Shown: positions 1 to 8,370, numbered from the stretch's first letter. The stretch: 32,000 nucleotides of DNA from Exiguobacterium sp. 9-2 (GCF_036287235.1 NZ_CP142850.1:2291336-2323335); one strand, 5' to 3'. Notes: generated from the sequence alone by a model not told the origin. Numbers and translations are program-made.

Positions 1-1
1 C

Positions 2-1927
2 AAATCCGCGAAAAAACTGACGTTACCACAAGCAGCTTTTCTCGCTGGGATTCCTAAAAACCCTTATTACTACACCCCTTACCTTCAAGGTGGCGTCGTC
101 AAAAAGGACTTGACGCCAAGCGTCAACCGGATGAAAACAGTATTGAAGCGGATGTATGTCGCGAAAAACATCACGAAGGAACAGTACGAAAAAGCAATCA
201 AGCATGATATTACGAAAGATTTCGCGAAACAATCAAAACGTTCTCGTGATACGTATCCGTATGTCTACGATTTAGCCGAACGTGAAGCGACGAAAATCAT
301 GACGAAGTATCTGATGAAACAAGATGGTGTGAAGGAAGATGAAGTGAAACCGTCTGAACTGGCAGAAGTGCGTGCCAACTATCAAGATCAAGCACTTGTT
401 GCACTGCGCCAAGGCGGCTACAAAGTTCACTTGACACTTGATAAAAAAATTCATGAAGCGATGCAACAACCTGCGAAGAACAGTGCGAACTTTCCAGGAA
501 GCATGCAATACAAACAAGTCGTCGATCCAAAAACGAAAAAAAGCGTTTCGAAACAGGATCCAGAAGAAACAGCAGCAGTCATGGTTCAAAATGAAACGGG
601 ACGTATCCTCGGATTCGTCGGCGGACGGTATATGGATGGAAAAGCTGACGATTTCAACCGGGCATTCCAAGCCAAACGTCAAATCGGGTCAACGGCAAAA
701 CCAATCCTCGTTTACTCGAACGGGATTGAAAATCGCTTGATCACACCAGGGTCTACCGTTAATGATGAAGAGTACTACTACCAGACTGTACCACGTCAAC
801 CTGGCGACCGTCCGATCAAGAACGAAGGTGGACGTTACCGTGGTAATGTAACGGTTCGTACGGCATTAGAACTATCATTGAACGTACCGGCCGTTAAGAT
901 TTACGAGAAGATGAACATGTCGAATTCGATTCAAAAACTCGTCGATATGGGAGTTGAAGTACCTGATGCGATCCGTTATGCCCCTTCTGCGGCACTCGGA
1001 ACGATGGAAATCACACCTGTCGAACTCGCAGGTGCTTACGCGACACTTGCCAACTATGGTGAATTCGTCCAACCGTACATCATCTCGAAAATCACGAAAG
1101 ACGGAAAAGATATCTATAAAGCAAAACCGAAGAAAAAACGGATCTATGAACCACGAACAGCTTACCTGACACTTGATATGATGCGTGGTGTCTTCACGAA
1201 AGGTACAGCGACGTTCGCTAAAGCTAGATTGAACGTACCGGGAGATTGGGCCGGTAAGACGGGTACGACCAACGATGTCAAAGACTCTTATCTTGTTGGT
1301 TCTACTCCTGGTGTAACCCTTGCCGTCTGGACAGGACACGACCAGAACAACTCACTCATCGGTCCGTCAACGTACTACCAACGTACGCAGACGCTCTGGT
1401 CACAGATGGCGAATGCATCGTATGGTGCGAACAGCAGTTACTTCAAATCTGGCGCCCGCTTCACGCAACCATCTTCTGTAACAGCAAATGACTTCCAAAA
1501 CAGTGGTCGCTTCAAAGAAGAAGATAAGAAGAAAAAAGCCGAAGAAGCAAAGAAAAAAGCCGAAGAAGCAAAGAAAAAAGCCGAAGCGAAGAAACAGAAA
1601 GAAGTAGAAGAAAAGAAAAAAGAGGCAGACGCACAGAAGAAAGAAGATCAACAAAAACAACAAGATCAAGCTAAAGAAAAAGCAGATGCTGAGGCAAAGA
1701 AAAAAGCAGCAGATGACGCAAAACGTGCTGCCGATGCAAAAGCTGAAGCTGATGCAAAAGCAAAAGCCGACGCAAAAGCAAAAGCCGATGCAAAAGCAAA
1801 AGCCGAAGCCGATGCAAAAAAGAAAGCTGAAGCGGACGCTAAGAAAAAAGAGGCAGATGCGAAGAAACAGCAAGAGCAACAAAAGAAACAAGATGAAAAG
1901 AAAAAAGATGCTGCTTCTGAAAACTAA
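2..1927 (+). CDS. Class A penicillin-binding protein (glycosyltransferase/transpeptidase), 5' end cut by the window edge, with a C-terminal 136-aa Lys/Ala/Glu/Asp low-complexity tail
   Basis: Frame 2 is open from nt 2 and reads KSAKKLTLPQAAFLAGIPKNPYYYTPY, which looks like the end of a GT51 domain. The track start at 110 is therefore an internal Met. Transpeptidase motifs STAK (IGSTAKP), SLN and KTGTT are present. Stop TAA at 1925-1927. Confidence 0.9.
   Translation, partial: KSAKKLTLPQAAFLAGIPKNPYYYTPYLQGGVVKKDLTPSVNRMKTVLKRMYVAKNITKEQYEKAIKHDITKDFAKQSKRSRDTYPYVYDLAEREATKIMTKYLMKQDGVKEDEVKPSELAEVRANYQDQALVALRQGGYKVHLTLDKKIHEAMQQPAKNSANFPGSMQYKQVVDPKTKKSVSKQDPEETAAVMVQNETGRILGFVGGRYMDGKADDFNRAFQAKRQIGSTAKPILVYSNGIENRLITPGSTVNDEEYYYQTVPRQPGDRPIKNEGGRYRGNVTVRTALELSLNVPAVKIYEKMNMSNSIQKLVDMGVEVPDAIRYAPSAALGTMEITPVELAGAYATLANYGEFVQPYIISKITKDGKDIYKAKPKKKRIYEPRTAYLTLDMMRGVFTKGTATFAKARLNVPGDWAGKTGTTNDVKDSYLVGSTPGVTLAVWTGHDQNNSLIGPSTYYQRTQTLWSQMANASYGANSSYFKSGARFTQPSSVTANDFQNSGRFKEEDKKKKAEEAKKKAEEAKKKAEAKKQKEVEEKKKEADAQKKEDQQKQQDQAKEKADAEAKKKAADDAKRAADAKAEADAKAKADAKAKADAKAKAEADAKKKAEADAKKKEADAKKQQEQQKKQDEKKKDAASEN
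1531..1586 (+). repeat. 21-bp tandem repeat (gaaaaaagccgaagaagcaaa), 2 perfect copies plus 14 nt of a third, encoding KKAEEAK units in the PBP tail
   Basis: Direct reading: 1531-1551 and 1552-1572 are identical, and 1573-1586 matches the first 14 nt. Confidence 0.9.
1751..1804 (+). repeat. 18-bp tandem repeat (gaYgcaaaagcaaaagcc) x3 encoding DAKAKA units in the PBP tail
   Basis: Direct reading: 1751-1768, 1769-1786 and 1787-1804 differ only at one T/C position. Confidence 0.9.
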
Positions 1928-1928
1928 C

Positions 1929-1969
1929 AAAAAGGATGAATCACCTGTTTCGGTGATTCATCCTTTTTT
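1929..1969. terminator. Bidirectional rho-independent terminator between the convergent PBP gene and acsA
   Basis: A 12-bp perfect stem ggatgaatcacc / ggtgattcatcc with loop tgtttc. It is flanked by aaaaa upstream and tttttt downstream. Confidence 0.9.
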
Positions 1970-1974
1970 CATGT

Positions 1975-3678
1975 TCAATCCTCCATCGTCGATAAATCGC
2001 CCGTTTCCAAGTTCAACTCCCATGCTTTCAGAACACGGCGCATGATTTTACCACTTCGTGTCTTCGGCAACTTATCTCGGAAATCAATTTCTCTTGGGGC
2101 CGCGTGAGCAGCTAGACCTTCCTTGACGAATGCTTGGATTTCTTGTTTTAATTCATCCGTTGGCTCATAACCATCACGTAAGGCAATGAATGCCTTAATG
2201 ATTTCGCCTCGCACCGGGTCTGGTTTCCCGATGACTCCGGCTTCCGCGACTGCTGGGTGCTCAACGAGACGGCTTTCAACTTCAAACGGACCGACCCGTT
2301 CTCCAGCCGTCATGATGACGTCATCAACACGCCCCTGGAACCAAAAATAGCCTTCATCGTCCATATAGGCAGAATCGCCTGACACATACCATCCTTTAAA
2401 GAAATAGGATTCATATTTTTGTGGATTGTTCCAAATTTGACGCATCATCGATGGCCACGGTGTTTTCAAGGCAAGGTTACCCATCCGGAACGGTGGTAAC
2501 TCGTTTCCTTGATCATCAATGATCGCAGCTTGGGTTCCTGGAATTGGTTTCCCCATCGATCCCGGTTTAATGTCCATCGACTTGTAGTTACAAATCATCA
2601 TCGCGCCCGTTTCTGTCATCCACCATGTATCATGAATGCGTTGATCAAATGCTTCTTTTCCCCAACGAATAACTTCTGGATTCAATGGTTCTCCGACAGA
2701 CAACACATGACGAAGACTTGAAAGATCATGGTGATTCGCGACGTCCGCCCCCGCTCCCATTAACATCCGGAAAGCAGTTGGCGCGCTATACCAGACCGTT
2801 ACGTTATACTTCTCGATAACACTATACCAGAAATCTGGATTGAAACGTCCACCGACAACGACGTTCGTTGCCCCATTTAAGAACGGTGCGAAGATACCGT
2901 AACTTGTTCCTGTGACCCACCCTGGATCAGCCGTGCACCAGTAGACATCGTCTTCTTGTAGATCGAGTACCCAACGTCCTGTCATTAAATGCTGAATCAT
3001 CGCATTTTGAACATGGAGGACACCTTTTGGCTTCCCTGTCGATCCTGAAGTATAGTGCAAGATCAATCCGTCTTCACGATCCAACCAGACCGGTTCGAAT
3101 ACATCGGATGCTTGCTTGAACGCTTTTCGGAAATCAAGTAATGTTTCTGATTCTTCAACGCCTTCATCAACGAGTACTACTTTTTCAAGTGATTCCAGTT
3201 CCCCAACTGGAACACGCGGGAGCAACGCTTTCGTTGTCACGAGTAGTTTCGCTTCAGAATCAACTAAACGATCACGAACAGCTTGTTCCATGAATGCTTC
3301 AAACAACGGACCGACGATCGCCCCTACTTTCAGTGCACCAAGTAGGGCAAAGTACAGTTCTGGTGAGCGTGGCATGAAGATGAAAATCCGGTCACCCGTT
3401 TTGACTCCTGCATCGACTAATACGTTTGCCGCTTTATTCGTCAATCGTTTCATGTCTGCATAGGTGAATCGTTGTTCCGTCATTCCATCGAAATAGATCA
3501 GCGCATCCTTGTTCGCCCGCTCGCCTTCTGCGTGGCGGTCGATTGCTTCATAGGCAATGTTGACTTTCCCCGTTGTCGCCCATGAAAAGTACTGCTCAGC
3601 ATCTTTCCAGTCGTACGTGTTCGTTTCATCATACTCTGCTAACCAATGCTTCCCCGGAAGCGCTTTCAAAACTTTCAT
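1975..3678 (-). CDS. acsA: Acetyl-CoA synthetase (AMP-forming)
   Basis: 567 aa with the AMP-binding signature YTSGSTGKPKG and a C-terminal PKTRSGKIMRR containing the conserved regulatory lysine. RBS GGGGAGG lies upstream of the ATG. The gene is divergent from acuABC, as in B. subtilis. Confidence 0.95.
   Translation of the reverse strand: MKVLKALPGKHWLAEYDETNTYDWKDAEQYFSWATTGKVNIAYEAIDRHAEGERANKDALIYFDGMTEQRFTYADMKRLTNKAANVLVDAGVKTGDRIFIFMPRSPELYFALLGALKVGAIVGPLFEAFMEQAVRDRLVDSEAKLLVTTKALLPRVPVGELESLEKVVLVDEGVEESETLLDFRKAFKQASDVFEPVWLDREDGLILHYTSGSTGKPKGVLHVQNAMIQHLMTGRWVLDLQEDDVYWCTADPGWVTGTSYGIFAPFLNGATNVVVGGRFNPDFWYSVIEKYNVTVWYSAPTAFRMLMGAGADVANHHDLSSLRHVLSVGEPLNPEVIRWGKEAFDQRIHDTWWMTETGAMMICNYKSMDIKPGSMGKPIPGTQAAIIDDQGNELPPFRMGNLALKTPWPSMMRQIWNNPQKYESYFFKGWYVSGDSAYMDDEGYFWFQGRVDDVIMTAGERVGPFEVESRLVEHPAVAEAGVIGKPDPVRGEIIKAFIALRDGYEPTDELKQEIQAFVKEGLAAHAAPREIDFRDKLPKTRSGKIMRRVLKAWELNLETGDLSTMED
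3655..3668 (-). promoter_or_regulatory. cre-like CcpA box inside acsA codons 4-8 (minus strand TGAAAGCGCTTCCG)
   Basis: Matches TGWNANCGNTNWCA at 12 of 14 positions with a perfect left half. It shares the 10-mer AAGCGCTTTC with the box at 3779-3792. Confidence 0.55.
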
Positions 3679-3711
3679 GTCTCGTTCCTCCCCTTCTATG
3701 TTTTCCTCTTT

Positions 3712-3739
3712 ATTATAAGCTAGTTATCCGTCAGTTCAA
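3712..3739 (-). promoter_or_regulatory. Putative sigma-A promoter of acsA (TTGAAC - 16 nt - TATAAT)
   Basis: Minus-strand hexamers at 3739-3734 and 3717-3712, about 35 nt upstream of the acsA ATG. Confidence 0.6.
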
Positions 3740-3778
3740 TCCATTTGCCGTCAATTTGTTAAAAAATCCCTCTCTTTA

Positions 3779-3800
3779 CTCAAGCGCTTTCGTCTATAAT
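3779..3800 (+). promoter_or_regulatory. cre-like box (ctcAAGCGCTTTCg, 3779-3792) abutting a TATAAT -10 hexamer (3795-3800) upstream of acuA
   Basis: The central GAAAGCGCTT core of the cre consensus is present, but the outer positions are degenerate. A perfect -10 lies 25 nt upstream of the acuA ATG. No good -35 was found. Confidence 0.5.
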
Positions 3801-3824
3801 GAATAGGAAGGTGGTGACGCTTAC

Positions 3825-4457
3825 ATGTTTGAAAAACAATTCAATCATCGGACGCATGAAACATCACTCGGTCCTGTTGACATCGAAGGTCCCGTACCGA
3901 GTCAAACACTAGCAACGTATACACTCGATTCAGGGTTAACGGCTTTTCGTCCACCCGCTGAACAACATCAAGCGCTCGTTGAGATTGCAGACCTTGAAGA
4001 AGGACGGATCATCGTCGCTCGTCAAGGAACGGAAATCATCGGTTATGTGACTTACTTATATCCTGATCCCTATGAAACATGGAGTGAGGGAAACAATCCG
4101 TACATCTTGGAACTCGGGGCGATTGAAGTCTCCTCTCGGTTCCGCGGACAACAGATTGGTAAAAAATTGCTTGAAATCTCCATGCTAGATCCTGCCATGG
4201 AACATTATTTAATTCTAACGACTGAATATTATTGGCATTGGGACTTAAAAGGTAGTGGACTATCAGTGTGGGATTACCGGAAGATCATGGAGAAGATGAT
4301 GAACCATGGTGGTCTTGTCTTTTTCCCGACCGATGATCCGGAAATCGCCTCCCACCCTGCTAACTGCCTGATGGCACGTATCGGAAAACACGTCTCACCT
4401 GAAGTCGTCGCTCATTTTGATGCGCTACGCTTGAGAAGACGCTTCATGTATGACTGA
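3825..4457 (+). CDS. acuA: Acetoin utilisation protein AcuA, a GNAT acetyltransferase that acetylates AcsA
   Basis: 210 aa, colinear with B. subtilis AcuA as I recall it (LTAFRPP, VTYLYPDP, WSEGN, LGAIEV, TTEYYWHWDLKG, SHPANCLMARIGK). RBS GGAAGGTGGTGA. Confidence 0.95.
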   Translation: MFEKQFNHRTHETSLGPVDIEGPVPSQTLATYTLDSGLTAFRPPAEQHQALVEIADLEEGRIIVARQGTEIIGYVTYLYPDPYETWSEGNNPYILELGAIEVSSRFRGQQIGKKLLEISMLDPAMEHYLILTTEYYWHWDLKGSGLSVWDYRKIMEKMMNHGGLVFFPTDDPEIASHPANCLMARIGKHVSPEVVAHFDALRLRRRFMYD

Positions 4458-4475
4458 GCTCGAGGAGGAATCGTC

Positions 4476-5108
4476 ATGTTAATCGAACAAATTATGAATA
4501 CGACGTGCATCACGATGCAACCGACGAATTCCATCGTGCATGCGGTTGAACTCATGCAACGTCATCAGATTCGTCATATTCTCGTCGTTAATGCCCGTCA
4601 TGAACTCGTTGGTCTTGTCGGACTAAAGGAAATTCAAAGCGCGAGTAGCATCTTTCATCCGGACACAGCAAAACAAGACCTACAGTATCCCGTTTCAAGC
4701 ATTATGATCGAAAGCCCTGTCACGGCCCATCCGCTTGATTTTCTAGAAGATGCGGCTGTGCTGTTTTATGAATATCGCTTATCCTGCCTGCCAATCGTCC
4801 GCGGTCGACGTCTTGTCGGTATCGTCACGGAAACGGATCTGTTACGGACATTCGTTCAGTTGACGGGTGCACTCGAACCAAGTTCCCAAATCGAGATCCG
4901 TGTCGAGAATACAGCAGGTACATTAGCGAAGATTTCCGCACTGCTTGCTAAAACGAATATTAATATTTTAAATGTACTCGTGTATCCAACAGACGATCCG
5001 TATGTCCGGATTGTTGCGTTTCGTGTTCAGACGATGAATCCAATTCGGATCATCGAGAAGTTACGCAAAGAAGGATTCGATGTACTTGGACCGGATGTGA
5101 GCAGATGA
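4476..5108 (+). CDS. acuB: AcuB, CBS-pair plus ACT domain protein
   Basis: 210 aa with two CBS-like repeats followed by an ACT-like C terminus (IEIRVENTAGTLAKISALLAKTNINILNV). RBS GAGGAGG. Middle gene of acuABC. Confidence 0.9.
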   Translation: MLIEQIMNTTCITMQPTNSIVHAVELMQRHQIRHILVVNARHELVGLVGLKEIQSASSIFHPDTAKQDLQYPVSSIMIESPVTAHPLDFLEDAAVLFYEYRLSCLPIVRGRRLVGIVTETDLLRTFVQLTGALEPSSQIEIRVENTAGTLAKISALLAKTNINILNVLVYPTDDPYVRIVAFRVQTMNPIRIIEKLRKEGFDVLGPDVSR

Positions 5109-6298
5109 AGGATTTTGCTTATCTGTATAGTCCTGAAGAAGCAACCTATCGATTTTCCGAGACCCACCCATTTAACCCAATCCGTCTCGAATTAACCGTT
5201 TCCTTGCTTGAATCGATGCATCAATTAGATGACATCCCTTGTATCGCCCCACGTCATGCGACCGATGAAGAATTGGCACTCGTTCATGATCAGGATTATA
5301 TTGCTGCTGTCAAAGCAGCCGGAACCGGAGTATTATCACCACTCAAGGCACAGATGTACGGTCTTGGTACGGAAGATACTCCCTTGTTTCAAGACATGCA
5401 TTCGGGTGCTTCCCTCCTTGTCGGCGGAACGATTGAAGCATGTGACCTCGTCTTATCTGGTAAGTATAAACGCACCTTTCATATCGGCGGTGGATTACAT
5501 CACGGGTTCCGCGGACGTGCTTCAGGGTTTTGTGTCTATAACGATACGGCTGTCGCCATGGCGGCGATGATTGAAAAATATCACTGTAAAATCCTTTATG
5601 TCGATACGGATGCTCACCACGGGGATGGTGTGCAATGGGCCTTTTATAATCGAAATGATGTCATGACACTATCTCTCCATGAAACGGGTCGCTACTTATT
5701 TCCAGGAACGGGGATGGTAACGGAGAGAGGATCTGAAGAAGGATACGGTTTTAGCTGGAATGTACCACTGGATGCTTTTACGGAAGACGATTCGTTTTTA
5801 CTTGCTTATGAGACGGCACTCTTTGAAGCATGCGAGTTGTTTCAACCGGATCTCATCATCACACAAAATGGCGCTGATGCGCACGTGCTTGACCCATTGA
5901 CGCATCTATCCTTAACGATGAAAAGTTATGAAAAGATTCCTCAAATCGCTGTGGCTGCGGCAGAAAAGTATACAGATGGAAAAATCGTTGCTTTAGGCGG
6001 CGGTGGTTATGATTGGTATCGTGTCGTTCCTCGCGCGTGGAGTCAGGTTTTTGCTGCCATGACAGGACAAGATCCTTTTCACGGGGAAATTCCAATTGCA
6101 TGGCAAGAACGATGGGGCGGACAGGAAATAGCGCCACCCACGCACTGGCATGATCCGTCACCACTTTATCCCGCAATTCCAAGACGTCCTGAAATTGAAG
6201 AAAAAAATTGGGAGACCGTCAAACGATTGATTTGGCCATTCGTAAACGATGAACGTAAAAAACAACTGACAGCGATTTCCCCCTATTCCGCTGATTAA
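5105..6298 (+). CDS. acuC: AcuC, histone-deacetylase-family protein deacetylase
   Basis: 397 aa with HDAC motifs GGLHHG and YVDTDAHHGDGVQ. There is a 4-nt ATGA overlap with acuB. Confidence 0.93.
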   Translation: MKDFAYLYSPEEATYRFSETHPFNPIRLELTVSLLESMHQLDDIPCIAPRHATDEELALVHDQDYIAAVKAAGTGVLSPLKAQMYGLGTEDTPLFQDMHSGASLLVGGTIEACDLVLSGKYKRTFHIGGGLHHGFRGRASGFCVYNDTAVAMAAMIEKYHCKILYVDTDAHHGDGVQWAFYNRNDVMTLSLHETGRYLFPGTGMVTERGSEEGYGFSWNVPLDAFTEDDSFLLAYETALFEACELFQPDLIITQNGADAHVLDPLTHLSLTMKSYEKIPQIAVAAAEKYTDGKIVALGGGGYDWYRVVPRAWSQVFAAMTGQDPFHGEIPIAWQERWGGQEIAPPTHWHDPSPLYPAIPRRPEIEEKNWETVKRLIWPFVNDERKKQLTAISPYSAD

Positions 6299-6345
6299 TT
6301 GACTTTTTATCTTCACATTTATTTCGTTCGGAGTTCACATCTTGT

Positions 6346-6354
6346 TGCTATACT
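6346..6354 (+). promoter_or_regulatory. Extended -10 promoter element TGCTATACT upstream of the lipoprotein gene
   Basis: The TGnTATAcT motif lies 47 nt upstream of the ATG at 6401. No convincing -35 was found. Confidence 0.5.
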
Positions 6355-6400
6355 AAATATGGAATTTTTACTTAGTAAACGAATAGTTGGGGGAATCATC

Positions 6401-7144
6401 ATGAAAAAGGCATGGCTTTACTCCGGTCTCATTCTGTCGACCGGGATCGTACTTGCAGGATGTGGGAATGAAAAGCAGGCAATGGATCACGATAACATGC
6501 AAGGGGCCGGAAAACCGACCGTCGACGTCACTGTCGATATCCCAGCAAAGACAATGGATGAAGATGCCGTCGTCTTTAAAGCATCCGCGGTCGAAAAGAA
6601 AAAGCCCGTCAACCTTGAGGACGTGACGTTTGAAGTTTGGAAAGCTGGAAAACAAGATGGGGCACATCAAAAATTCAAAGCAACCTTGAAAAAGACAGGT
6701 TTCTATCAAGCAGAAGCCAAACTTGCTGAAGGTGAATACGAAGGTCTCTATCATATTAATGATAAAAAAGGACTCCATCACATGGATAAGATCTCTTTTG
6801 TCGTCATGGATCATTCACATGAAAAAGAGAAAGCATCGCATGAACACGAAGCCGTCGATGGTCTGTCCGTCCATTATATGGGTGCGACGAAAGTAAAGGC
6901 TGGTGCTGACCTCCCTGTCTCCTTTCACGTTTTTCTCGATGGAAAACCATTAAAGGCGAACGTTCAAGTCGAAGTCATTGAAACCGGTATTGAAAAACAT
7001 AATTATGTTCCATTAACTAAAAAAGGTGATGCATACAGCGGAAAAGTCACATTGAACGCCCCCGGTCAGACGACGGTGCGTCTGCACGTCGAAAATGATC
7101 AACTCCATCATCACCAAGATGAACTCATCACCGTCACAAAATGA
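6401..7144 (+). CDS. Lipoprotein with two tandem YtkA/FixH-like beta-sandwich-type repeats and His-rich segments
   Basis: I re-set the start to the ATG at 6401, which has RBS TTGGGGGA. The track ORF from 6299 lacks an RBS. Signal peptide plus lipobox MKKAWLYSGLILSTGIVLAGC. An internal repeat ends in LHHMDKISFVV and LHHHQDELITV, with the linker DHSHEKEKASHEHE between the copies. Confidence 0.8.
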   Translation: MKKAWLYSGLILSTGIVLAGCGNEKQAMDHDNMQGAGKPTVDVTVDIPAKTMDEDAVVFKASAVEKKKPVNLEDVTFEVWKAGKQDGAHQKFKATLKKTGFYQAEAKLAEGEYEGLYHINDKKGLHHMDKISFVVMDHSHEKEKASHEHEAVDGLSVHYMGATKVKAGADLPVSFHVFLDGKPLKANVQVEVIETGIEKHNYVPLTKKGDAYSGKVTLNAPGQTTVRLHVENDQLHHHQDELITVTK

Positions 7145-7190
7145 TCAACTCCACCATCACCAAGATGAACTCATCACCGTCACAAAATGA
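7092..7190 (+). repeat. 46-bp tandem duplication (2 copies plus 7 nt) spanning the lipoprotein stop codon
   Basis: Copies at 7092-7137 and 7138-7183 differ only at 7108 T versus 7154 C. The 7-mer aaaatga recurs at 7092, 7138 and 7184. Confidence 0.95.
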
Positions 7191-7240
7191 AAAAGCGTCT
7201 CTTTTTTCAAGCAGCTTGCTTGAGAGAAGAGACGCTTTTT
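7190..7240. terminator. Bidirectional rho-independent terminator between the lipoprotein gene and ccpA
   Basis: Long hairpin aaaaagcgtctctt...tcaagca gc tgcttga...agagacgcttttt, with 14 + 7 bp paired around a 3-nt mismatch. Confidence 0.9.
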
Positions 7241-7243
7241 CGA

Positions 7244-8254
7244 TTAAGGGCGTGTCGAATCCCGTTGTTCGATTCGGTGTGGTAACGTGACATCGTTCGT
7301 TTCGATTTCTTCTTTGTTCAAAATCTTCGTCAAAAGACGCATCGAGACTGCTCCAATATCATACATCGGCTGAACGACAGTCGTCAGTTTCGGACGAATC
7401 ATCGTCGCAAGACGTGTATTATCGTGTCCGATGACTTCAAAGTCTTCTGGAACACGGTGTCCGGCATCTTGTAAGGCATGGATGACACCAAGAGCCATCT
7501 CATCTGTTCCAGCAAAAATCGCACGTGGGCAATCTTCTCCAAGTTCAAGCAACTGGTTCATCGCCTTCATTCCTGAATCATACGTATAGTTTCCAAGGAC
7601 GACGTTTTGTTCGCTGAATGGAAGATTTGCCTCTTCGAGCGCTCGACGATAACCAGCAAATTTCTTTTCGCCATTGATTTGCTGTTCAAGTGGACCAGTG
7701 ATGAACCCGATCCGTTCATGTCCACGGTCAATCAATGATTTGACGGCGTCATGTGCAGCACTTTCGTAATCGATGTTGACGGCAGGAAGGTCATAATCTT
7801 GATTTAGTGTCGCAGCGAGAACGATGGGCACAGGTGATGTCTTGAATTCACGAACGAGATCCTCATGTAGACGCCCACCCATGAAGATGATCCCATCAAC
7901 CTGTTTTCCAAGTAATGTATTGAGCAAATGGATTTCTTTTTCCCGATTTTGGTCGGAGTTACAAAGAATGATGTTATATTTATACATCGTCGCAACATCT
8001 TCGATTCCCCGTGCTAAATCCGCAAAAAAGATGTTCGAGATATCGGGTACGATGACACCGACAGTCGTCGTTTTTTTACTTGCAAGTCCACGAGCAACAG
8101 CGTTTGGGCGGTAACCCAGTTGTTCGATTGCATCTTGGACCTTCTTTCGTGTGGATGGTTTAACGTTCGGATTCCCGTTGACGACACGCGATACGGTCGC
8201 CATCGAGACAGCCGCCTCTCGTGCGACGTCATAAATCGTAATATTACTATTCAA
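7244..8254 (-). CDS. ccpA: Catabolite control protein A (LacI family)
   Basis: The N terminus [32 protein letters not shown] is near-identical to B. subtilis CcpA as I recall it. I chose the TTG start at 8254, 7 nt after RBS AAAGGAGGA. The track start at 8287 would place that RBS inside the CDS. Confidence 0.93.
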   Translation of the reverse strand: MNSNITIYDVAREAAVSMATVSRVVNGNPNVKPSTRKKVQDAIEQLGYRPNAVARGLASKKTTTVGVIVPDISNIFFADLARGIEDVATMYKYNIILCNSDQNREKEIHLLNTLLGKQVDGIIFMGGRLHEDLVREFKTSPVPIVLAATLNQDYDLPAVNIDYESAAHDAVKSLIDRGHERIGFITGPLEQQINGEKKFAGYRRALEEANLPFSEQNVVLGNYTYDSGMKAMNQLLELGEDCPRAIFAGTDEMALGVIHALQDAGHRVPEDFEVIGHDNTRLATMIRPKLTTVVQPMYDIGAVSMRLLTKILNKEEIETNDVTLPHRIEQRDSTRP

Positions 8255-8289
8255 AACAAATTCCTCCTTTAGTATGATCCATCTCAAGT

Positions 8290-8310
8290 GTTTTCATTTC
8301 GTTTTCATTT
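8290..8310 (-). promoter_or_regulatory. Two direct copies of GTTTTCATTT (minus strand AAATGAAAAC) spaced 11 bp apart, just upstream of the ccpA RBS
   Basis: Copies at 8290-8299 and 8301-8310. A third GTTTTCATT at 8378-8386 forms part of the cre-like site. The minus-strand reading TGAAAACGAAATGA is a half-cre. Confidence 0.45.
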
Positions 8311-8325
8311 TTAGGCAACACGAAA

Positions 8326-8364
8326 GGAAGACAGGAAAAGATAGTTTTCTTTTCCCATTCTTCC
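8326..8364 (-). terminator. Hairpin, a probable partial terminator after aroA and upstream of ccpA
   Basis: Plus strand ggaagacaggaaaag / cttttcccattcttcc, with 6 + 7 bp paired and an 8-nt loop. On the minus strand it is followed by TTTCGTGTT, which is an imperfect T tract. Confidence 0.5.
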
Positions 8365-8370
8365 TTCATT

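Noticed and set aside
1400-1930. A 176-aa minus-strand ORF rich in F, L and C, antisense to the PBP tail.
   Set aside because: It is the reverse-complement mirror of the AAG/GCA/GAA-rich low-complexity coding repeat. It has no RBS and lies entirely inside a well-supported CDS.
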